Shown piece after piece: positions 38,201 through 49,500 of a stretch of 64,000 nucleotides of DNA. Position numbers and translations under genes: made by a program. Positions within the stretch are counted from its first letter, which is position 1, and each line of letters opens with the position of its first letter. The DNA lies in assembly GCF_002113885.1 (NCBI RefSeq), contig NW_018479851.1, positions 1 to 64,000 on the forward strand. The letters are read 5' to 3'. Source of the stretch: Mizuhopecten yessoensis (lineage: Eukaryota). A model generated the notes under the pieces. That model was not told the origin of the DNA, made no database searches, and saw only the letters and a list, made by a program, of their open reading frames with translations.

Positions 38201-41200
38201 AAACCAAAATAATGAAAATCATTAAAACCCTGCAAGAAAACAAACCTTTACAGTAACTTTTTACAAGATTGAGTTGTCTGATGTGAAATCTTGTGAGTTG
38301 CTGTGAAATATCTTGGTTTTCCAAGTAGTGTTGGGATAGTCTTGCATTAAGGGTTCGTTGTACTATATCAAAAGGCTGTGAATAAGTCTGTGAGTGTGTG
38401 ACTTATCTATAGTTTAAACAATGTGAAATATAGCTCAATCTTTACTCAAAGCTAGCTCAAGTAACATGTAATTAATTTTCAAATTGCATAAACACAAAAT
38501 ATTTACTGATACATGTCTTAAACAATTTAAAATTTTATTAATGAGAATTAGATAAACATGATAATTAGCAATCACAAGTTCTGGGATCTTTTTCTACCAT
38601 ACATCCATATTTTATCTAGAAAACCATATGTTTCCCTTTGAAATACATTATTTCTGTTTCTATTTGGGGAAACAGTTGCCATGAATTACGACATCACAGT
38701 GGAAGATGACAATGCAAAGCACTTTTTCATGTCATAATTTTAGCATTGACCAATAAAATAACACCCAAGGTCTTTCCAACCAGAGGGTAAACAAAACTAG
38801 TTTGCCAAATTCTAGCATGTTTATTCAATGCATTGAGCATGTGGAAACCTATAATGGTTGTGGGAGAATAATGAATATTTCCTGATTTTAAATTTTTATT
38901 ATAAAATCATTTATTTTGTCACCCCTCCTGATTGAAGGAATTGTGTCACATGATTCCTGAAAAAAAATGATATTGACTGTCTGTTTAAAAAAAAAGCACA
39001 AATAGATATAAAAAATCTGAATTACCTCCATTATCAAACATGGAGCAATCAATTACAAAATAGACAAGTAAGGAAGTGTTCTGACATTTTGAAATTTCTA
39101 GATTTAAGAATTGGATATATATTTCAGACATGTATGTACAAATATATTTGATTTTGTGGTGCTTTAATTAATGATTTCGGCATGTTTTCTTTTACAATGT
39201 TTTTAGGTCACCTGACCTAATTTGCTCAAGTGACCTGTTCTGATCGCTGTAATTTCTATCTATCGTCGTGTGTAAACTTTTTACAGTTTTAACTTCTTCT
39301 CATGAACTGGATGATGGAATTTTTTAAACTTGCTCAGAATAATTCTTGGTAGATGAGGCTACAAAATTGTACAAATGTAGGGGCCAGGGCGGGGTCCCAA
39401 ATGGAAAATTAATTGGTATTTCAAAAGTCTTCTTCTCCAGACTCTGAGGTACTACAGTAAATTTCTCTGCATGGATGGAAAGACCATGGCCATCAAAGGC
39501 TTTATGTAAATTGTAAAATTCAATACCCCTGGGCCATCAATTCTCCAATGGGGAGTTGACTCAAGTTTATATTTTGTGAATTTTCAGCAGGAAATTATTC
39601 AAACTTGGTTGGAATGATTATGGTGCCAGATGGCAATTAGATAGTATGAGTAAATAAGATTCTGCCCTATTCCCAGAAGCTGGAGGGGTGGGGCCAGAAT
39701 GGGGAAAATGATAAAAGTTAAAAAATTCTTCATCAGACTTAGATGTTTTACAAACAAATACACTTCATGGACAGAAATATGAAAATATAAGATCCGTCCT
39801 TGCCCCAGGGGCAGGAGGGAAGGGGCCAAAAAGGGGAAAATATAAATTGTTAGTTTTATTACTCCTTAGTCAGCTGTTTTCCTTGGTTTATAAAGAGAAA
39901 TAACACTTCTGACTATATCTTGTCAATTTCAGCAAGAGATAATTCAAATTTGGTTGGAACAGTTATGATGAAATTGAAATCAACCAAGATCCTGACCTAT
40001 CCAAGGGGTTGGAAAACTGGCTACTTAATAATAGACATCATATTTCTCAATTGCAAAAGAATTTATTTGAATAGCTTTTAAAGTTCTTAAATCCTTTAGT
40101 GACATGACAAGTATTGTATTTCACTCTGTTTGCATGTTGATTTCCACATCAAATCTTAACAATAAAATTGAGCTACCAGTACCTATAATATAACTCAGAT
40201 GACCAGTAAGGCCCTTGGGCCTCTTGTTCAGTTTATACAGTTACGTTCCATGGTATTAGAAAAATATCACTTTATAGTAAAATTATTATAGCTTTTTGAT
40301 TTCGGTTGAACCATGGTTCTATTGACCTTGCCAAAAGGCTATAATTTTGTAGTATGCTTTCTTAACCTTCTTTTCTTCTCTCCAGCCACACCATATAACA
40401 GAGGGATGAGTACATTCTACATGGTGTCTGATTTTGCTGAGCACGACCTAGCAGGTCTCCTCAGCAACACACATGTCCGATTCAGTCTAGGTGAAATAAA
40501 GAAGATCATGCAACAGTTACTGAATGGTCTGTACTTCATTCATGAAAACAAGATTTTACACAGAGACTTGAAAGCTGCAAATATACTCATTACTAAACAT
40601 GGTGTGCTAAAGCTGGCAGATTTTGGCCTTGCTCGTGCATGGAGCAAACCCCAACGTAGTGCTCAGAATAAGTACACCAATAGGGTGGTGACCTTGTGGT
40701 ACCGTCCTCCAGAGTTGTTGCTAGGGGAGAGAAATTATGGGCCGATCATAGACCTGTGGGGTGCAGGATGCATTATGGCGGAGCTGTGGACACGCACACC
40801 AATCATGCAGGGAAAGACTGAACAGAATCAGATGTTCTTGATTTGCCAGCTGTGTGGTTCTATTACCACTGATGTGTGGCCCAATGTGGACAAGTATGAC
40901 CTGTTTACTCAGATGGAACTGCCCACTGGTCAAAAACGCAAAGTTAAGGACAGACTGAAAGCTTACGTTAAAGACCAATATGCTCTTGACCTCATTGACA
41001 AACTGCTGGTACTTGACCCTTCAAAGAGGTATGATGCAGACACTGCACTGAATCATGATTTCTTCTGGACAGAACCAGAACCAATAGACCTGGCCGAAAC
41101 CTTGTCTAAACATACAACCTCCATGTTTGAATACCTGGCTCCACCTCGGAGAGGGGTTCAACAAGGACATCGCCCCAATCCCAACCAGGCAAACATGCAT

Positions 41201-41245
41201 CGTCCTGTACATAACAATGACCAGCACTTTGACCAAGTCTACTGA
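32269..41245 (+). CDS. CDK9: Cyclin-dependent kinase 9 (P-TEFb kinase), 4 exons, 406 aa
   Basis: Exons 32269-32456, 34880-34961, 38026-38116, 40386-41245. GT-AG, 1221 nt. Motifs KIGQGTFGEV, VAMKKVLMENEKEGFPITALRE, HRDLKAAN, DFGLAR, YTNRVVTLWYRPPE, SMFEYLAPPRR. Confidence 0.97.
32789..32902. mobile_element. Small element with 15-bp terminal inverted repeats and an internal hairpin, CDK9 intron 1
   Basis: CCTCCATTTTTCTGA ... TCAGAAAAATGGAGG; internal GCCAGAG-GAAA-CTCTGGC. Confidence 0.55.
35167..36010 (+). mobile_element. Complete Helentron/HINE-like element with a 151-bp internal tandem array (~4 copies)
   Basis: 5' TTTTTATACGTCTGTC plus inverted repeat, GGGC microsatellite, units at 35241/35392/35543/35694, 3' subTIR GATGGGCGTAT, hairpin TACCGC-TC-GCGGTA, end CTTGTT. 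Confidence 0.85.
36636..36960 (+). mobile_element. Full-length tRNA-derived SINE in CDK9 intron 2
   Basis: A-box TAGTCCAGTGG, B-box GGTTCGCGCC, central TTGAGCAAGATACTTTACTCC..CAGCTGTAAATG and GCGCCGAAATGGCAGC..ATGCTCCCCAGGGAGTTGAG domains, LINE-like tail ending (ATT)n. Resembles bivalve Meta/Deu-domain SINEs (inference). Confidence 0.8.
39200..40228 (+). mobile_element. Helentron/HINE-like element in CDK9 intron 3
   Basis: 5' TTTTTAGGTCACCTGA..TCAAGTGACC; 3' TCAGATGACC, hairpin AGGCCC-TT-GGGCCT, end CTTGTT. Confidence 0.75.
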
Positions 41246-42470
41246 TGTGATGGGCATGGATTGTCTACATGTACTAGTTTGAAGCAACAATAGGTTTTGT
41301 ATAATTTTCACATTCTCACAAGTATAACAGTCTACATTATTTTTTGCTGATTTTTAGCTCAGCTGGTGCAAATGTGTGAGATAAGTATATGGTAATTATT
41401 ATCTGTGCATCGTTCCCCAGTGTCAAATTCTTAACTACTCAAGAAAAAGCAATATGATTTTGGTCAAGCCACTCACACATAGTCTTTGAATGGCACTGAT
41501 CAAAAGGTGATATTGTTTTGTGCAATTTAAAAACCAGTTGAGCACTCTAGCCTAAATATCAGCTGAGTTAATTTTATCCTCTTCGAAAGTTTCATCTGAC
41601 CAATCTTCACCAGTTTCAGTACAGTTAATCAACATGATCTTGACCAATGCATATGCATGTTGTGATATTTTCCAAGATGAGCACCATTTGAATTGTTAAA
41701 CTTGTTGGTATTTTAATTAACTTCCATCAGACTGATTTTGACCAGATTTTGCACAAATCATCTTCTCATGATAGACCTTACCAAGTGGTGATTCAAGTTG
41801 GTCATGATCCACCTGGACTGGCTAATACATTTTTTTTAGTTCCATCAACCAAACTGGACCGAAATTAAAGACAAATGATCCAGTCGATGATATGTTCATG
41901 ACCAGATGATGTTATTTTCGCCAAGCGAAAGTCATAGATTATCACCCTCTCGTCTACATCTCCATAGTTCAATATATGGAATGGGATTTCAGTTGGTTCC
42001 TATACAATAATGGAAAGGGAAAGTTTGAGATATGATACCACAGCATCAACACATTATTTGGATATTTTCTGTATTGCCTTATGACACTTTCCGGTGATAC
42101 TTGCTGATGGTGATGTCCGTGGATACATTTATAATAGGGTGTTATTTCTTAGTAGTCTGGGGATGATATTTGCTGATGCTGGTGCCTTTCAATTTCTGGA
42201 ATTATTGCCCAATTACTTCTTCACTTTCAACGGTGCATGCTAACCAAATATGTCTTGATGAAAATAACAACCTCATCTCATGGCAGGCTTTTCTTCTGGT
42301 GAGGGGCTATATTTCGTACTGATAATTTTATGATTAAATATGAGTGTGTTTGAGTTACATTTTGTATGCTGTTGGAGATTGAAAGTTTCCATGCCAAAGT
42401 TTGACTAATTACGGGTTCATATTAGATTTTAAGTGACATACACAGTTTACTTGGTTTGATGGGTGGAATA

Positions 42471-43065
42471 GTGGATTGTTCCAGAGTGCATGGTTTCGCC
42501 TCTAGTTGGATGGTGGGTTGTTCCAGGGTGCATGGTTTTGCCTCTAGTTGGATGGTGGGTTGTTCCAGAGTGCATGGTTTTGCCTCTAGTTGGATGGTGG
42601 ATTGTTCCAGAGTGCATGGTTTTGCCTCTAGTTGAATGGTGGATTGTTCCAGAGTGCATGGTTTTGCCTCTAGTTGGATGGTGGATTGTTCCAGAGTGCA
42701 TGGTTTTGCCTCTAGTTGAATGGTGGATTGTTCCAGAGTGCATGGTTTTGCCTCTAGTTGGATGGTGGATTGTTCCAGAGTGCATGGTTTTGCCTCTAGT
42801 TGGATGGTGGATTGTTCCAGAGCGCATGGTTTCGCCTCTAGTTGGATCGTGGGTTGTTCCAGGGTGCATGGTTTCGCCTCTAGTTGGATGGTGGATTTTT
42901 CCAGAGTGCATGGTTTTGCCTCTAGTTGAATGGTGGATTGTTCCAGAGTGCATGTTTTCGCCTCTAGTTGGATGGTGGATTGTTCCAGAGCGCATGGTTT
43001 CGCCTCTAGTTGGATCGTGGATTGTTCCAGAGTGCATGGTTTCGCCTCTAGTTGGATCGTGGGTT
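42471..43065. repeat. 42-bp minisatellite (~14 copies) downstream of the CDK9 stop
   Basis: Unit GTGGATTGTTCCAGAGTGCATGGTTTTGCCTCTAGTTGGATG; produces 14-aa-periodic ORFs on both strands. Confidence 0.95.
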
Positions 43066-45362
43066 TTTTCATGTTTCCTGTGTCTTTACATATCGATTTA
43101 CTCAGATTTATTGTTTTTATGGTGAAGCTGTAGTATTTTTTCTTATTTTACTTGGTCTCAGATTTGCTACAAAACTAGGAAAACTCAGGAAAGTTTTTTT
43201 GTAAAATCATTTGGATTTAATGAATTAAATGTAATAATATTTTTTGATAGAATTAAGTTCTGTACACATGTAAGGAAATATTGAATGTTATTTGTTTTTG
43301 TTGAATTATTGATAAGAACTAAGTTGGTATGTTTAGTTTTCATTTGAAGCCAAGATGGCCACTTTGTTGAAATTATGTGATATTTTGGTTGAAAGTTTCT
43401 TCATATTTTTTTTAACTTTTAAATATCTACATGTGAAAGAAGCCATATTGTTTAGGATTCATGTAGTAGTATTGACAGTTGAAATGATTTTTATTGTATG
43501 AGACATATATTGAAATGCCTGTGATTGTCACAAATCTATTATTTTTCAGAAACATTCTTAAATTGAATTCTTTACATTCCTCTTAAATATTTCATATTCC
43601 ATGTTTTGTAATTCATTTGATCTTCCTAGTCAATTTTTGATTTCTAAAATACAAAGATATTTTTCTATTTCATTTGTCATTCAAGGAGATATATCCCTTT
43701 TTCCAAATGTCGTAATCATTGCTATAAAGGGGCAATAATCCAAATGATACAAGATTATAATAGTGTTATTGAATCCTCACATATTTAATTAGTGAATTCA
43801 AACCAGTCTATTATGCCCCACCAACCGTCGGTCTGACTGGCCATCTGTGGGGTATCGCTCTTCTCAAGACATTGGAACTCCACAGGATAACATTCGTTGG
43901 TCTAGTTAAAAGGTCAAAGGCCAACATTGATATAACTGTGAGGCATTTTGTGAAAAGTAATTCTTGATTCATATATCTTTCCACACACTCAATCTTGATT
44001 GTACTGACATCTTTAGACTTTCTTAAAAGTTTGAGTTATTGAAAATTATTTGTTTCAATTTAAATGAAATGAAAGAAAAATGCGTTCTTTTCATAGCTTT
44101 AGTTCTATATACCATGGTAATAATTTAAGCGTTATTCAATTATTTCCGCAACTCTCTTCAGAATTATGGTTTTGTAACCCTACACATTGAGTGCAGTTTA
44201 ACATTTACAGGAGCTTTTCAAAATCATGTTTCCTACATGTAACATCATATTTGTAAATTTACAATATAATCGCTTACCACTTGCTTGTCTGCAGGTTTAT
44301 AAAGTGCCTCGATGATGTTGCACATCGGCAAGTCATATACAGGAAATCAATACTGATTGAATACACTGTATACAAGCATACACAAAGTGTGCATATAGCA
44401 GATTAAGTGCTGCTCTATTTAAAATCGTTATTCATTCATTCTGACAAATGTATATAATTATGATATTCAATACCTCAAGATATGAGAATGATTTAACCTC
44501 GTTGTATGAGTTAATGCTATGACAGGGTGTTAATACACCCGATACCACTGCTAGCCTATTAATGGTGCTACAAGTTATTATAATGACCAACCTATTGTTA
44601 GTTTTGTAATTAATTCTTCTATTATTTCATTGAACTAGAGTTATTACACATTATGACTTCGCTCACTATTCCATTAATTGGATGTTTTGGAATAAACGTT
44701 GTTAACCACTTTTCAATAACCGTTGTTGATTCCATCTTTGTCACCATCTTGTTAGTTGTGTGTCTAGCTTACAGGTGTTACTTTAACTATGGTTTGGATT
44801 TAGCAGGTAATGAAACTTCCGAGACACTTTCGATTCCCTGCCGAAAAGTTACAAATGTTAGTGTCGCATTGATGGTGACGTCATAATTTGGCGTAAAACC
44901 TAAAAAGATGCGTTTATGATGCAGGTGATTTTTGGTGTCGTGGATTTGGCAAAAAAAACCACCCAGTGATTGTCGGGGATAACTGCAGGCTACATAACGT
45001 ATTTGTTGTCCCTGAACACAAGATACACGTGCTTTTTTATTTGTTTTGCGTGTCATATTTACGATATGGAATATGCATATAGCCAGCTTTCATACCTGCA
45101 TGAACACTGAAAATTGTCCTTCAATCCCGATGTGAAACCATGGCCAGTTTTTTGGAGCCATATTTCAAGTCAAAAAGACACGAAAGACATGTTGCCGGTT
45201 GCAATTAAAATGATCTTGTAGTACCTTCCCTTGGTCATTAATGCAGGACTATGAAGTATTTATCGTACCGCCCTATTATTTCTTATCTCTAAACAAGTAA
45301 CACCAAATTATTTTAATGTCCACATAGCTTTTGTCAACATCATTTCGGTGATAATACCAACA

Positions 45363-45882
45363 TTTTTAGGTCACCTGAGCTTAAGCTCAAGTCGATCAGA
45401 AATCAAATATGGGCGCCATGGCCGCCATTTTGAAAAACTATTTCAAAATTAAAGTCAAGTTTTGCTGAGCAAATTGAACTGAAACTTTGTAGGAATTATC
45501 AACTCATGGTCCTGACAAAGTGTTGTTATTTTTCGGGTGTATCAGAAACCCAATATGGCCGCCATGGCCACCATTTTGAAAAACTATTTCAAACTTAAAG
45601 TCAAGTTCTACTGGGCCGATTGAACTGAAACTTTGTAGGAATGATCGACTCATGGTCCTGACAAAGTGTTGTTATTGTTCGGGTCGATCAGAAATCCAAT
45701 ATGGCCGACACGGCCGCCATTTTGAAAAAAGTATTTCAAACTTAAAAACAAGTTCTAATAGGCCGATTTAACTGAAACTCGGTCTAGGAATGATCAGCTC
45801 ATGGTCCTAACAAACTTAAGTTAACAACAATAATAAATACTGTAGGACTCATGTGACCGTCTAGGCCCATGGGCCTCTTGTT
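45363..45882 (+). mobile_element. Helentron/HINE-like element with ~3 x ~148-bp internal repeats
   Basis: Same end architecture as 39200-40228 (TTTTTAGGTCACCTGAG ... AGGCCCATGGGCCTCTTGTT); repeated ATCAGAAATCCAATATGGCCGCCAT..GAAACTTTGTAGGAAT. Confidence 0.8.
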
Positions 45883-46552
45883 ATTTTTTCGTTATGTTTT
45901 CTGTAGCTGTAGATCTATGCGAAGTTCTGTTCTACAACAGAAACTTCAATATCCGACCCAAGTTTCTTTACACAAGAGTGGAAGTATTTCATAACATCTC
46001 AACCACATCCCACTTCCTGGAAATATTGAACCTTAGTCACTTATTGATAGTCATAACAACCATATTAAAACTGCCGCGAGGAATCGTGTTTCTAGTGACT
46101 CTGTCTTTTTGTTAAATGTCATATGATCATAAGAACTAAATAATGATAGGGCCGTTTCCCAGAATCAAAAGAAGTTTGGTGACAACATGTCCAGAGAATT
46201 TTGAATAAACTTAAAATAAACAAAATAACTTTCTAATGTTGTCATGGCTATTGTAAAACAGATAATGTTTAAGTGTGTAGGGATTGAATTCGCCATTCAC
46301 ATTTATTACGTTGTTCGCTGTTATGATGAATTCGCTCCCAATCCAGAGGGCGAAAAAGGCGAAAAATTCCCGTTATACAGTAGTCATAGGAATTGTTAGA
46401 AATAGCTTTAATGCAAGTTTGCATAAACACATACGTATATTTTATTTCGCGATATAACATACACATTAATGAAACACATTCTTTGTTGTATATCGGTATT
46501 TTATTTTTGTAGTAAGGTGTAATTGCAGTCTCTGGACTGAAAACAACCCACG

Positions 46553-49500
46553 CTACGATACCCAAGGTCCCCAGAATCCTCCATGAAGTGCGGGGTCAGC
46601 CTTGGGATCTGGATCTGGGAAGATACATGGTACGGCAGTACTGTTGATTTGGTCCAACATACCCAACAGCTTCCTCGTTATGTCGGGGTATACATCACAT
46701 AGATCATCCATTTCATTGGGGTCTTTGCTTAGGTCAAATAACCACAGATTTTTCGACGGCTCGCCACCGCTGCCACGTTTTGTTTCCAGACCAGCACATT
46801 CCCCGGCCACCCAGCTACCATTACCTATATATGGGAACATATTGCTTTGATAACTGTTTGATTTCTCCAGTTGATAACGCAAAAACATACTGTGAATTAT
46901 TAGTTGTGAAGTTCGTAGATTACCGCCATTGAACTACAAAGCAGACAAATCATAATCCAAATGAAACGCATTTCAGTTTCAGATCATTTTAGAGAAATTG
47001 TATTGAAGTAGTGATCCAAAATCAACATGTTTCTCACCCGGATTGCCTGTTAGGATTTTCCAGTTCTTCCATCTGAGTGCTGCCCTCACTCTGGTGTCAA
47101 ACGTGTCATTATACACCCTCTCTCCTATAGGGTGTGTGCGAGGGTCGATGTTGTGCAGAAGAATATCTCTGGGGCTGATATTTCCATTGCTACATAATTA
47201 ATGACGTTGAATTACATGTATAAAATGTGTTTATTTGAACGAACATTGATGATAGTCTTCGAGACAAGCAGGTGTTGAATAAAAGGTATTGCGTTGAATG
47301 TATTCACTAGAAAAACGTTCAGAAATGAAAATAATCGATATAGAAAGCAAACATTTTTACTGATTTTCCAAATACAAACATGTATATCGTTACTGATTTC
47401 AGCTGACAGAATTTCGGATTTGTTTATCGCCTTTTGACCATATTTTTCAAGTGTGAAAATAAGGAATCAATGAAAGACGTGTTTGTACTAAACCAAAAAA
47501 ATAGGTATTGGTATTAAAAACCTGGATTATCATCCAAAATGCAGAATAAAATAATGTAAAAGATGTACTTTTCGTTAATTCTATTAGTACTGCATACTGG
47601 GAAATTTTCGCCACAATTTAAAGTTCGCTCTTTTCGCCCTCCGCAATAAGGGCGAATTTTAACGACGGCGAATAATAAGTACGCAGCATTCCCTATATGG
47701 TGATCATATGTGAGGGTGAGATTAACACCGGTTGAATACACATAGTATATATACATGTAGTAGGTTTTACCAGTGAAGGGCGAATATTTGACTGAGCGGA
47801 AGTTTCCTGCGTACGCGTCTCATATTTCACGAATATAATCACAGTCTCCACAAGGATACTGATAATATCTTTAATAAGTTAATTCAAAATTAATTTTGTT
47901 TCTTGCGTATATTTTGAAGGAATCGATGAATTAGCTGAATAGTATTATCAAATTAAAGATATTTGATAGTTTTCGTAGTTTGGAACTCGTTTTGAAAGGA
48001 GTTCTGTGACATAGTTAAGTTGTCATATATCATTAACTCATTCAACCCAGAAATTTCATAATGAACTATTCCAGCCTTTGAATTGGAAGAGTTTAAATGC
48101 GTCTTCAGGGGCGAATGAGTTAGTCTTCATATTAACGAGTCATTGATACTCATGGTTTAACAGTAATATTTGTTTCACATGACATAACCTTAAGATATCA
48201 ATGCTCGAAAAACCATTGAAGGTTTTAAGTTATTGATTTCATGTATGCCATTTAGCAGCGTAACACATTTGTTTTCGTTGTAAAGCTGACAGTAAAGTAC
48301 AAACAAAACAGCATGGCCGACATTGAGGTGTAAGTTGTTGTAACATTTGTTCAATTCACCTGTATGGGATTGTGGTATACCATGTTTAGACTGGCTACCA
48401 GCCCCTTAGTTTTATGAAGAATTTCTAAACTGCATTTTACTACTAGCTTATATTTGTCTCTACCTAGTTTAGAACGAAGGGCCTGGTCAAATCTGGAAAA
48501 GTACTCCCGGAATAGTGCTGAGTGCAGAAAGGTCAAGCCCAGTCTCATATTACTGAGATCATGCTGATTTGGATGTGACCAGAATTTTATTACCCTGGGT
48601 TCACAGGTGGTTGATGGAGTGGGGGGATTGGGCAAGAGGGGGTTTCTTTAGCTGCGTTCATATGGTCTTGGCTAGACATTATAGGGTCTGATTTATAACG
48701 TTGGATATTCCCTGAACATGGATGAAGCTATTTCCAAATCATTAAGAAATCTTAATTATTCAGAAATCGACCAAACTAAGAAAGAGTTGTCAAAATTAAC
48801 CAACTGGAAGTAGAAAAAAGTTGACTTTTGAGATAGCCCCCTTTGTTTTCATAAACTGTACAAAACGCTCTGATGGAATTTTATCTGTGGTTGTTGGGTC
48901 ACCATTGATTAGCTTTGATAAATTACTCAGACAGATATAAAAACTGTGTATTTACAAGGATGTTGAGGGTAAATAAAACTGCCATGATGTCTTTTTGAAT
49001 CAGTTTTTAGCTAGCCTAGTCCGAAGGACCAGTGAGCTTATGCCGTGATACGGCGTCCGTCGTCCGTCCAACGTCCAACGTCAACTTTTTACTTTACGGT
49101 CCATAATATGATGGAATGAAGGGCAAATAAATTTGTTCAAATGAATGACCTTGACTCCTATTCAAGGTCACAGGGGCAAATATGTTTTTAAACCTTTAAG
49201 CGACATCTTCTGTATAACCGTGAGGCACAGAGTGTTGAAAAATGGCCAGTAACATGTTTTGATTAGGGCCTGTATAGTTTTTTTTAGCTCACCTGGCACT
49301 AAGGGTCAAGTGAGATTATTCCATGGTGTCGCGTCCATCGGTTCTATACCTTTAAGTTCTTAAAAATAAGTCATTTGTAGTTTTTGATAATTTGATCCCT
49401 GTGACCCTGAAAGTAGATTAATTTTCGGGCTCCATCCCAGGAAGCTACCAGTCAAATATTAAGATTCTATACCTTTCAGTTCTTTAGGAGAAGTTGTTTG

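Noticed and set aside
40313-40385. ATG at 40313 as the start of a 310-aa kinase
   Set aside because: Intronic read-through; the acceptor at 40384-40385 joins three upstream CDK9 exons in phase.
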